Source: Candidatus Omnitrophota bacterium (GTDB lineage Bacteria; Omnitrophota; Gorgyraeia; Gygaellales; Profunditerraquicolaceae). From it: a stretch of 41,887 nt of DNA. The notes beneath the pieces are model-generated. The model saw only the letters and a program-made list of their open reading frames with translations, was not told the DNA's origin and did not search any database. Where the stretch lies: positions 1 through 41,887 of the forward strand of contig JAMWCI010000004.1 in assembly GCA_023818655.1 (NCBI GenBank), read 5' to 3'. The translations under genes were made by a program, and so were the position numbers. Each line of letters opens with the position of its first letter. The first letter of the stretch is position 1. Positions 28,738 through 37,463 of this stretch are shown here, piece by piece.

Positions 28738-29592
28738 ATGGAAGAGGCGATTAAAAAGGCAGATGTCCTTATTGAGGCATTGCCGTATATTAAGAAGTTT
28801 CACAAGAAGATAATCGTCATAAAATACGGTGGCAGTATCCTTGGCGAAGAGAAAATACGCAGTGGCGTTCTGGAAGATATCGTCTTCTTGACTTTTATGG
28901 GGATAAAACCTGTGCTGGTGCATGGAGGTGGCCCTAATATAAGTGAACGGATGCGTTCTCTGGGTAAAAAAACGGAATTTGTAGACGGTATGCGTGTTAC
29001 TGATGAAGAAACGGTGAAGATGGTTGAAGAAGAATTGCAGATTTTAAATGACCTTATTGTCAGAGAGATTAACGCGCTTGGCGCAAAAGCAGCGGGATTA
29101 AACGGTAAAGATAATGATATCATTCAGACAGAAAAGAAAAAGGCAAAGGTAGATTTGGGTCTGGTGGGGCATATCATCGCTATCAATAATGAGCCGATAA
29201 TGAACGAATTAAAAAAAGACAGGGTTGCGGTAATCTTGCCAATGGGTATCGGCAGGGATAAGAGGGCTTACAATGTAAATGCCGATGAGGCGGCAGCGGC
29301 TATTGCCGCTTCTCTCAAAGCGGAGAAGCTAGTGCTCTTTACAAACGTCAAAGGGATTATGCGCAATAACGAAGACCAGAATTCTTTTATTTCTACTTTG
29401 ACTACCGCGGAAGCCACCCAGCTTATCTCCGATAAGATTATACAACAGGGGATGATTCCTAAAGTAATGGCCTGTATTGACGCCTTAACCGCGGGAGTCA
29501 AAAAAACGCATATCATTGATGCCCGCACGCCGCACGGTTTATTGCTGGAGATTTTTACGGACAAAGGAATAGGAACGGAGATAGTTCAGTAA
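28738..29592 (+). CDS. argB: Acetylglutamate kinase
   Basis: EALPYI, VIKYGG, VHGGGP, GMRVTD, NVNAD and GMIPK motifs. Start set to ATG 28738 after GGAGAGG. Confidence 0.97.
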   Translation: MEEAIKKADVLIEALPYIKKFHKKIIVIKYGGSILGEEKIRSGVLEDIVFLTFMGIKPVLVHGGGPNISERMRSLGKKTEFVDGMRVTDEETVKMVEEELQILNDLIVREINALGAKAAGLNGKDNDIIQTEKKKAKVDLGLVGHIIAINNEPIMNELKKDRVAVILPMGIGRDKRAYNVNADEAAAAIAASLKAEKLVLFTNVKGIMRNNEDQNSFISTLTTAEATQLISDKIIQQGMIPKVMACIDALTAGVKKTHIIDARTPHGLLLEIFTDKGIGTEIVQ

Positions 29593-29631
29593 CTGATTAA
29601 TCGGTAGATTGACAGAGGGTAAGATTATAAG

Positions 29632-30813
29632 ATGAAGAAGCAAGAGGTGTTCCAGAGTTACAAAGAGAATATAATGCCTACTTACAGCAAAGCGCCTTTG
29701 ATATTTGTCAAAGGCAAAGGTTCTCGGCTCTGGGATATTCAGAACAGAGAGTATCTGGATTTTTTTCCTGGCTGGGGCGTAGGGAATTTAGGGCATTGCC
29801 ACCCCAAGGTTGTTTCGGCAGTAAGGGAGCAGATATCCAAGCTGATTTTTATACCGAATAATTACTATCACATCCAACAGGCGAAACTGGCAGAAGAGAT
29901 TGTTTTGCGTTCTTATCCGGCAAAGGTCTTTTTCTGTAATTCCGGAGCAGAGGCAAACGAGGCCGCGATAAAGTTTTCCCGCAAATTCGGTAAAGGCAGA
30001 TGTGAAATTATCACTTTTGAAAACTCCTTTCACGGCAGGACGATGGCTACGGTTAGCGCTACCGGACAGAAAAAATATCAGGAGGGGTTTGAACCGCTGG
30101 TGCCGGGTTTCAAGAGCGTTAAATTCAACGATATCGACGCGGTGAGAAACGCTGTAAATGAAAAGACGGTTGCGGTGATGCTGGAGTTGATTCAGGGCGA
30201 GGGTGGAATAAATGTGGCAACTAAGGATTTTGTGCTTGGCTTAAGAATGCTTTGCGATGAAAAGAATCTGCTTTTAATTATTGATGAGGTGCAGACGGGA
30301 ATTGGCAGGACAGGCAAACTTTTTGCCTATCAGCATTATGGGATGGCGCCGGATATCCTGACCTTAGCCAAGGCCTTGGGTGGCGGGTTACCCATAGGAG
30401 TTATGGTAGTCAAGAAAGAGATAGCCGATATCCTTCAACCGGGTATGCACGCCTCTACTTTTGGCGGCGGTCCGGTTGTCTGCCGGGCAGCGCTGGGAGT
30501 GCTGGAGGCAATAGAAAAAGAAAAGTTGCTCCTCAACGCGCAGGAGAAAGGCGCATACCTTTTTGAAAAGCTTAACCTGCTTAAAGATAAATATCCGGTC
30601 ATAAAGGAGGTGCGGGGTTTAGGTCTGATGATAGGAGTGGAATTGAATATCTCCGGAAAGATAATAGTGGAGAAATGCCTGGAAAAGGGTTTGTTGATTA
30701 ACTGTACTCATGATACCGTCTTGCGCCTGATGCCTGCCTTAAACATAACCGGTAGAGAGATTAATGCGGCATTGCAGATACTCGATGAGGTTCTCAAGGA
30801 GTATTCTGGATAG
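29632..30813 (+). CDS. argD: Acetylornithine aminotransferase
   Basis: NSGAEANE, FHGRT, IQGEGG, DEVQTG.GRTG and AKALGGG motifs. Located in the arg run. Confidence 0.95.
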   Translation: MKKQEVFQSYKENIMPTYSKAPLIFVKGKGSRLWDIQNREYLDFFPGWGVGNLGHCHPKVVSAVREQISKLIFIPNNYYHIQQAKLAEEIVLRSYPAKVFFCNSGAEANEAAIKFSRKFGKGRCEIITFENSFHGRTMATVSATGQKKYQEGFEPLVPGFKSVKFNDIDAVRNAVNEKTVAVMLELIQGEGGINVATKDFVLGLRMLCDEKNLLLIIDEVQTGIGRTGKLFAYQHYGMAPDILTLAKALGGGLPIGVMVVKKEIADILQPGMHASTFGGGPVVCRAALGVLEAIEKEKLLLNAQEKGAYLFEKLNLLKDKYPVIKEVRGLGLMIGVELNISGKIIVEKCLEKGLLINCTHDTVLRLMPALNITGREINAALQILDEVLKEYSG

Positions 30814-30838
30814 GTTTCTTGAATATTAAGAAGGCAAG

Positions 30839-31756
30839 ATGAAAAAAGATTTTATTTCAGTAAAGGATTTGGAAAGCGCGGAGATAGAAGAGATTTTTTT
30901 ATTGACGGATAAACTCAAGCGGCAGAAAGAAAAGTTTACTAAGGCATTAAGCGGAAAGACCATCGTGCTTATTTTTCAGAAACCATCTAACCGGACACGG
31001 GTTTCTTTTGAGGTGGGGATGTATCAGTTGGGCGGGAACGCATTGTATCTTTCTCCTCATGAGATAAATCTCGGTGTGAGAGAATCCATCCATGATGTAG
31101 CAAAAACCATTTCACGGTATGCGGATGCCATAGTCTTAAGGACATATGCGCATGAGACGATATTGCAGATGGCCGAGTCAGCCAGCGTGCCGGTTATTAA
31201 CGGCCTCTCTGATTTTGAACATCCCTGTCAGGCATTGGCGGATGTATATACGGTGCGGGAAAAGCTTAAGAGACTAAAAGGGATTATCCTGGCCTATGTA
31301 GGAGACGGAAACAATGTGGCGCATTCTCTTCTTTATACCTGCGCAAAGACCGGAATGGATATACATATAGGTACACCTTCCGGTTACGAGCCAAAAAAAG
31401 AGGTGGTAGAGGAATCTAAGCAGATTGCCAAAGCCAAAAAATCTTCGGTTATTCTCTTTGATAATCCGCATCAGGCGGTTAAAAATGCAGATGTAATTTA
31501 TACTGATGTCTGGACGAGTATGGGCCAGGAGGAAGAGGCGCAGGAGCGCAAAAGGATATTCCGGGACTTTCAGGTTAATGAAAAGCTGCTACGGGTTGCC
31601 AAGCCCATGGCTTTGATTATGCATTGCCTGCCAGCCCATCGGGGAGAAGAGATTACAGACGAGGTAATGGATAGCAAGAATTCCATTGTTTTTGACCAGG
31701 CAGAAAATCGGATGCATGTGCAAAAGGCGATATTGATTAAATTATTGGGTAATTAG
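30839..31756 (+). CDS. argF: Ornithine carbamoyltransferase
   Basis: S(N)RTR.SFE, HPCQ, GDGNN, SMG, HCLP and QAENR motifs. Confidence 0.97.
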   Translation: MKKDFISVKDLESAEIEEIFLLTDKLKRQKEKFTKALSGKTIVLIFQKPSNRTRVSFEVGMYQLGGNALYLSPHEINLGVRESIHDVAKTISRYADAIVLRTYAHETILQMAESASVPVINGLSDFEHPCQALADVYTVREKLKRLKGIILAYVGDGNNVAHSLLYTCAKTGMDIHIGTPSGYEPKKEVVEESKQIAKAKKSSVILFDNPHQAVKNADVIYTDVWTSMGQEEEAQERKRIFRDFQVNEKLLRVAKPMALIMHCLPAHRGEEITDEVMDSKNSIVFDQAENRMHVQKAILIKLLGN

Positions 31757-31770
31757 CAAGAGGGGTTTTT

Positions 31771-32955
31771 ATGAAGAAAAAAGTAGTACTGGCATATTCA
31801 GGAGGGCTGGATACATCTTGTGCTGTACGGTGGCTTAAAGAGCGCAATTACGAGGTAATTTGTTTTGTGGCTGACTTAGGTCAGGGCTTAGGTGAAGGAG
31901 AAAGTTTTGCGCAGATTGAAGGACGGGCGCTTGCTGCTGGCGCAGCCAAGGTTTATATCAAAGACCTTCAGGATGAATTCGTAGAGGATTTTGTCTTGCC
32001 GGCGCTAAAAGCCAACGCAATATACGAAGGAAAGTACCTTCTGGCTACCGCCCTTGGTCGACCACTAATCGCCAAATATCTAGTCCAGCTTGCGCATAAG
32101 GAAAAAGCCGAGGCTGTAGCGCACGGCTGCACTGGAAAAGGCAATGACCAAGTGCGTTTTGAAGTCAGTATAGGCATATTGGACAGCAAACTGGAAGTTA
32201 TTGCGCCGGTAAGGAGCTGGGAGTTCAAATCGCGGGAAGAAGAGATTGAATATTGCCTTATGCACAATATCCCCATTGATGTTACCAAGAAAAAGCCATA
32301 CAGTATTGACCGGAATATCTGGGGGGTAAGCATTGAGGCGGGCATACTGGAAGATTTGGAGAGGGAGCCGCCGGAAGACGCCTATTTAATTACCAAGAGC
32401 CAAACGCAACATTCAGGGTATCCTAAATATATCGATGTTGCATTTGTAAAAGGCATCCCTAAAAAGATAGATGGAAAGGCGTATAAACTAAAGACGTTGA
32501 TTAGCCATCTTAATGAGGTCGGCGGAACTTATGGCGTAGGCAGGAGTGATTTGATAGAGAATAGGCTGGTTGGCATTAAATCACGGGAAATTTATGAAGC
32601 GCCGGCAGCCACTATCCTATTTACTGCACACAAAGAATTAGAAGCCCTCACCCTGGACAGGGAGTTGAGCCATTTTAAAGAGATGATTGCCCTGAAATAT
32701 TCAGAGCTAGTTTATTACGGATTATGGTATTCGCCTTTAAAAGAGGCGTTGGATGCTTTTGTGGAGAAAACCCAGAAACACGTAACTGGAAAAGTGCGGC
32801 TTAAACTTTATAAAGGAAATTGTACAGCTGTAGCCAGGAGTTCTCCTCATTCGCTTTATAAAAAGGAATTAAGTACCTACGGAAAAGAAGACAAGTTCAA
32901 TCAGTCACTCGCAGAAGGATTTATTAAAATCTGGGGTATGCCATATCAAAAATAG
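31771..32955 (+). CDS. argG: Argininosuccinate synthase
   Basis: AYSGGLDTS, HGCTGKGNDQVRFE and ENRLVGIKSRE motifs. Confidence 0.98.
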   Translation: MKKKVVLAYSGGLDTSCAVRWLKERNYEVICFVADLGQGLGEGESFAQIEGRALAAGAAKVYIKDLQDEFVEDFVLPALKANAIYEGKYLLATALGRPLIAKYLVQLAHKEKAEAVAHGCTGKGNDQVRFEVSIGILDSKLEVIAPVRSWEFKSREEEIEYCLMHNIPIDVTKKKPYSIDRNIWGVSIEAGILEDLEREPPEDAYLITKSQTQHSGYPKYIDVAFVKGIPKKIDGKAYKLKTLISHLNEVGGTYGVGRSDLIENRLVGIKSREIYEAPAATILFTAHKELEALTLDRELSHFKEMIALKYSELVYYGLWYSPLKEALDAFVEKTQKHVTGKVRLKLYKGNCTAVARSSPHSLYKKELSTYGKEDKFNQSLAEGFIKIWGMPYQK

Positions 32956-33002
32956 AAGATAGATATTTTTTAATTTAAATAAATTGTAAATCGGAGAAAA
33001 TA

Positions 33003-34379
33003 ATGACAAAGAAATTATGGGGTTCTAGATTTCCCAAGAAAACAAGTATTCTTACTAATAAATTTACCTCCAGTATTAACTTTGATAAGCAGTTGGCAGT
33101 GTATGATATTTTAGGCAGTATTGCTCATGCCAAAATGCTGGGGATTCAGAAAATTATCCCCCGGCAAGATGCGAAATTAATAGTAAAAGGATTAAATGCG
33201 CTTTTAGAGGATGTAAAATCAGGCAGATTTAAATTTGATTCCTCTGCAGAAGATGTGCATTCCAATATTCAGGAGGCGCTTTTTAAAAAGATAGGTCCTG
33301 CTGCCTACAAGTTGCATACAGCGCGTTCACGGAACGACCAGATTGCCTTGGATATCAGGATGTATCTAAAAGACCAAATCTGTCAGATTACAGAGTTGTT
33401 AACCGGCCTACAGAAGGCAATATTAAAGTTCGCCAAGAAGAATATAGATGTGATTATACCGGGCTATACGCATTTACAACTAGCCCAGTGCGTACTCCTG
33501 GCACATCATCTGCTGGCTTATATAGAAGGCCTGCAGAGGGATAAGACCCGGCTTCTTGATGCCTATGAACGGCTGGATAGTATGCCACTAGGAAGTGGGG
33601 CGTTGTCCGGAACAAGTTTGCCTATTAACAGAGAGTTTGTGAGGAAAGAGCTTGGTTTTAAGTCCATTACTGCAAATAGTATCGATAGCGTAGCTGACCG
33701 GGATTTTATCATTGAAGTCCTCAGTGATTTAGCTATTATGGCAGTGCATCTGTCGCGCATTGCCGAAGACCTTATTCTTTGGTCAACCAAGGAATTTAAT
33801 TATATTGATATAGATTTTTCGTTTTGTACCGGCTCCAGTATTATGCCTCATAAAAAGAATCCAGATGTCTTGGAGTTAATCCGGGGCTATGCGGGAAGAA
33901 TGCAAGGAAATTTGTCCAGCGTGCTTATCCTGATGAAGGGCATACCCTTTTCCTATAATCGGGATCTTCAGCTGGATAAACCTCCGCTCTTTGATGCCAT
34001 TGATACCACTAAAGAGATTCTGGGAATTTTCATTTCTCTTTTTGGAAATATCGCCATTAATAAGGAAACAGTGGCTTCCCGCATAAAAGATGAATCTCTT
34101 TTTTCTGTAGATATCGTAGAATACCTGATTAAGAAAGGTCTCTCTTACCGAAAAGCGCACGATGTCGTTGGAAAAATGGTGAAGGAGTGTCTGGATAAAG
34201 GCGCAGCTATATCCCGGTTAACTGATAAGGAATTAAAAAGATACTCACCGAAATTAGGCAGTGATGTGAAGAAGATTATAAATGCCTGGGATTCGGTAAA
34301 TCTTAAAAAATCCTACGGCGGGACAAACCCAAAACAGGTAATCTTACAGATACAGAGATGGAACCAAAGATTGGGATGA
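33003..34379 (+). CDS. argH: Argininosuccinate lyase
   Basis: KLWG.RF, LHTARSRNDQ, PGYTHLQ and GSSIMPHKKNPD motifs. Confidence 0.98.
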   Translation: MTKKLWGSRFPKKTSILTNKFTSSINFDKQLAVYDILGSIAHAKMLGIQKIIPRQDAKLIVKGLNALLEDVKSGRFKFDSSAEDVHSNIQEALFKKIGPAAYKLHTARSRNDQIALDIRMYLKDQICQITELLTGLQKAILKFAKKNIDVIIPGYTHLQLAQCVLLAHHLLAYIEGLQRDKTRLLDAYERLDSMPLGSGALSGTSLPINREFVRKELGFKSITANSIDSVADRDFIIEVLSDLAIMAVHLSRIAEDLILWSTKEFNYIDIDFSFCTGSSIMPHKKNPDVLELIRGYAGRMQGNLSSVLILMKGIPFSYNRDLQLDKPPLFDAIDTTKEILGIFISLFGNIAINKETVASRIKDESLFSVDIVEYLIKKGLSYRKAHDVVGKMVKECLDKGAAISRLTDKELKRYSPKLGSDVKKIINAWDSVNLKKSYGGTNPKQVILQIQRWNQRLG

Positions 34380-34415
34380 ATTCTCCATTGAAACTTAAGG
34401 CCGCGATAATAAATA

Positions 34416-35687
34416 ATGCACGAATTCAAATATAAAAACAATCATCTTTATTGCGAAGCGGTAAAAGTAGAGGATTTAGCCCGGAGATTCGGCACTCCTC
34501 TTTACGTTTATAGTTACCGCACCATCATTGACCATTTTTTCAAATTACAAAGTGCCTTCAGACCAGTGGATGCCTTGGTCTGTTACTCGGTAAAGGCAAA
34601 TTCCAACCTTGCTATCCTGAAGGGCTTGGTGGATAAGGGCGCTGGTCTAGATATTGTTTCTGGAGGGGAATTATTCCGTGCTTTAAAGGTGGAATGCCCT
34701 CCGGAGAAGATAGTTTATGCCTCAGTAGGAAAAACTGAGAAAGAAATAGAAGAGGCAGTAAGAAAGGGAATCCTCTTTTTTAATGTGGAATCCCTTCCAG
34801 AGTTGGAGTCCATTAATCGCGTTTCCCGGATGCTAGGTAAGGTGCCGCGTATAGCCATACGCATAAATCCGGATGTGGAAGCGGGCACGCATAAATTTAT
34901 TACCACAGGAAAACTAACCAATAAATTTGGCATTGATTTAAAGAGTGCATATAAAATCATCCTTTTACGCGATAAATTCTCTTATGTTAATATCTGCGGA
35001 TTGCATATTCATATAGGTTCTCAAATAACTAGCCCCGGTCCTTTTGTGGCGGCAATAAAAAAGATTAGCGCATTTATCCTTGAGCTGAAAAGAAAGGGCG
35101 TGAGTCTTGAGTATTTAAACATAGGAGGCGGATTGGGGATTGTCTATAATCAAGAGACTCCGCAGACTGCCCAAAGATATGCTAGGCGCATATTGCCCTA
35201 TCTAAAAAAGACAGGATTAAAAATAATTCTTGAACCCGGTAGATTTATCGTCGGTAATGCCGGCATACTAGTGACAAGGGTGCTTTATGTAAAAGAGAGC
35301 TCAAAAAAGAAGTTTATTATTGTAAACAGCGGGATGAATGATTTAATCCGCCCAGCATTATATGGCGCTTATCATAAGATACTCCCCTTAAGGTTGCAAG
35401 GTCGCAAGTTCGCAGCGTTGCAGAAGGCGGATGTGGTCGGCCCGATCTGTGAAAGCGGGGATTTTCTAGCCAAAGAGAGAAAACTCCCTAAGGTTAAAGA
35501 AGGTGATTTTCTGGCGGTAATGAGTGCAGGCGCATACGGTTTTAGCATGTCTAGTAACTATAATTCCCGGTGTAGGGCTGAGGAGGTAATGGTGGTAGGT
35601 GACCGGGTTTTTGTCATTAGGAAGCGCGAGACTTTTGATGACTTAATCCGCAACGAAAAGATTCCGCAATTTCTATTGGGTTTATAA
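34416..35687 (+). CDS. lysA: Diaminopimelate decarboxylase
   Basis: YSVKAN, HIGSQ, GGG, EPGR and GPICESGD motifs. Confidence 0.97.
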   Translation: MHEFKYKNNHLYCEAVKVEDLARRFGTPLYVYSYRTIIDHFFKLQSAFRPVDALVCYSVKANSNLAILKGLVDKGAGLDIVSGGELFRALKVECPPEKIVYASVGKTEKEIEEAVRKGILFFNVESLPELESINRVSRMLGKVPRIAIRINPDVEAGTHKFITTGKLTNKFGIDLKSAYKIILLRDKFSYVNICGLHIHIGSQITSPGPFVAAIKKISAFILELKRKGVSLEYLNIGGGLGIVYNQETPQTAQRYARRILPYLKKTGLKIILEPGRFIVGNAGILVTRVLYVKESSKKKFIIVNSGMNDLIRPALYGAYHKILPLRLQGRKFAALQKADVVGPICESGDFLAKERKLPKVKEGDFLAVMSAGAYGFSMSSNYNSRCRAEEVMVVGDRVFVIRKRETFDDLIRNEKIPQFLLGL

Positions 35688-35689
35688 AG

Positions 35690-36511
35690 ATGAAAATATA
35701 TTTTACCAAAATGGTTGCCTCTGGCAATGATTTTGTCCTCATAGATAAAAATTGCCGGTTGCCGATTAGCAATTGTCGTTTCTTGGCTAAAAAAATCTGC
35801 GCGCCTAAATTTGGCATAGGTGCAGACGGTCTTTTAATTTTGGAAAAGTCAATGGTAGCAGACGTAAAGATGCGTATTTTCAATGCCGATGGCTCTGAAG
35901 CACAGATGTGCGGAAATGGCGCTCGGTGCGTGGCTTTATATATAAGTCGTAAGTTTAAGAAGTCAACAGGTTGCTGCTTGAAGATTAAGACTAAGGCAGG
36001 CATCATAAATGCAGAAGTAAACAAGGATAATGTCAGGATTAAACTTACCGACCCTATGGAACTAAAACCGGATATACCCATTAGATTAAATAACCGTATA
36101 CTGGAGGTTAATTTTATACATACCGGCGTTCCCCATGCAGTAGTTTTTGTAGAAGGGTTAGAGAAGATTGATGTGTTTAATTTGGGCAGGCATATACGTT
36201 ATCATCGGCAGTTTAAGCCCGCAGGGACTAATGTAGATTTTGTGGAGGTTATCAATAGCCATTCTATAAAGGTAAGAACTTATGAAAGAGGAGTGGAAGG
36301 TGAAACCCTTGCCTGCGGCACTGGCAGCGTTGCTTCTGCCTTAGTTACAGTTTATCAATTGGGGATTACCGATTATGGAAAGATAAATGTGTATACCCAA
36401 AGTAGAGAAGTTTTAAAGGTTTATTTTGAAAGGCAAGGCGATAGTTTTAAAAATGTGTGGTTGGAGGGCAGGGCAAAGATAGTTTATACAGGGTGCTGGC
36501 ACGAAGAATAA
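35690..36511 (+). CDS. dapF: Diaminopimelate epimerase
   Basis: GNDF, MCGNG and ERGVE.ET.ACGTG motifs. Confidence 0.97.
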   Translation: MKIYFTKMVASGNDFVLIDKNCRLPISNCRFLAKKICAPKFGIGADGLLILEKSMVADVKMRIFNADGSEAQMCGNGARCVALYISRKFKKSTGCCLKIKTKAGIINAEVNKDNVRIKLTDPMELKPDIPIRLNNRILEVNFIHTGVPHAVVFVEGLEKIDVFNLGRHIRYHRQFKPAGTNVDFVEVINSHSIKVRTYERGVEGETLACGTGSVASALVTVYQLGITDYGKINVYTQSREVLKVYFERQGDSFKNVWLEGRAKIVYTGCWHEE

Positions 36512-36578
36512 GAGACCTGAGGGGCGGAGAAAAAACTCAGTTTAGTGTATCAGCCGAACGCAGGGTAAAGGAGGCAAG

Positions 36579-37454
36579 ATGTTTAAGGGGTCAATAGTAG
36601 CTATAGTTACACCGTTTAAAAATGGAAAGGTTGATGAGAAAGGGCTTAGGGAGCTGATTGAATTCCAGATTAAAAACGGCACCTCGGGTATTGTGCCTTG
36701 CGGGACAACCGGCGAATCCGCCACTTTGTCTTTCGAGGAGCACGACCGCGTCATCGAAATTACTGTGGAGCAGGTTAAAAAAAGAGTTCCAGTGATTGCC
36801 GGTACAGGTTCGAATGCCACGGAAGAGGCAATGATGCTGACCAAACATGCGGAGAAGGCCGGCGCTGATGCGTCGCTTCAGGTTGTTCCATATTACAACC
36901 GTCCGACGCAAAAAGGCCTTTACGAACATTTTAAATCCATCGCAGACAGCGTATCCATACCGATTATACTTTATAATATCGCCTCGCGCACAGGTGTAAA
37001 TATTGAGCCAGAGACCATTGCCCGATTGGCTGATGATTGTAAAAATATCGTTGCAGTTAAAGAGGCCTCTGGCAGCCTTGATCAGATGTCGCGCATTAAA
37101 CAGTTGTGCGGAGCAGGGTTTGATTTGCTTTCCGGTGATGATAGCCTGACCCTTCCGATTTTGAGTATCGGAGGTACAGGAGTCATCTCTGTGGTGGCTA
37201 ACATCGTGCCAAAAGAAGTAGCCAGCCTTGTGGCTGAATTTGAGAAAGGAAACCTGAAGAAAGCGCAGGAGCTGCATTACAGACTGTTACCTCTGATAAA
37301 GGCCATGTTTATAGAGACAAACCCCATACCTATAAAAACTGCTATGGGACTCTTAGGAATGTGCGAACCTGCGCTCCGGCTTCCTCTGACGACAATGTCT
37401 GCGGAAAAGGTAGAAATAATCAGAAAACATCTCGAGGATTTCGGTCTCCTCTAA
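36579..37454 (+). CDS. dapA: 4-hydroxy-tetrahydrodipicolinate synthase
   Basis: GTTGE, PYYN, YNI..RT, KEA and ETNPIP motifs. AAGGAGG SD. Confidence 0.98.
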   Translation: MFKGSIVAIVTPFKNGKVDEKGLRELIEFQIKNGTSGIVPCGTTGESATLSFEEHDRVIEITVEQVKKRVPVIAGTGSNATEEAMMLTKHAEKAGADASLQVVPYYNRPTQKGLYEHFKSIADSVSIPIILYNIASRTGVNIEPETIARLADDCKNIVAVKEASGSLDQMSRIKQLCGAGFDLLSGDDSLTLPILSIGGTGVISVVANIVPKEVASLVAEFEKGNLKKAQELHYRLLPLIKAMFIETNPIPIKTAMGLLGMCEPALRLPLTTMSAEKVEIIRKHLEDFGLL

Positions 37455-37463
37455 ACCGGAAGA

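Noticed and set aside
36517-36543. CTGAG..CTCAG inverted repeat before dapA as terminator or lysine riboswitch
   Set aside because: Only a 5-bp stem with a large loop and short T-run, and the intergenic gap is far too short for a lysine riboswitch.
36591-37277. 228-aa minus-strand ORF
   Set aside because: Lies entirely antisense to dapA and has no recognisable motifs. Shadow ORF.
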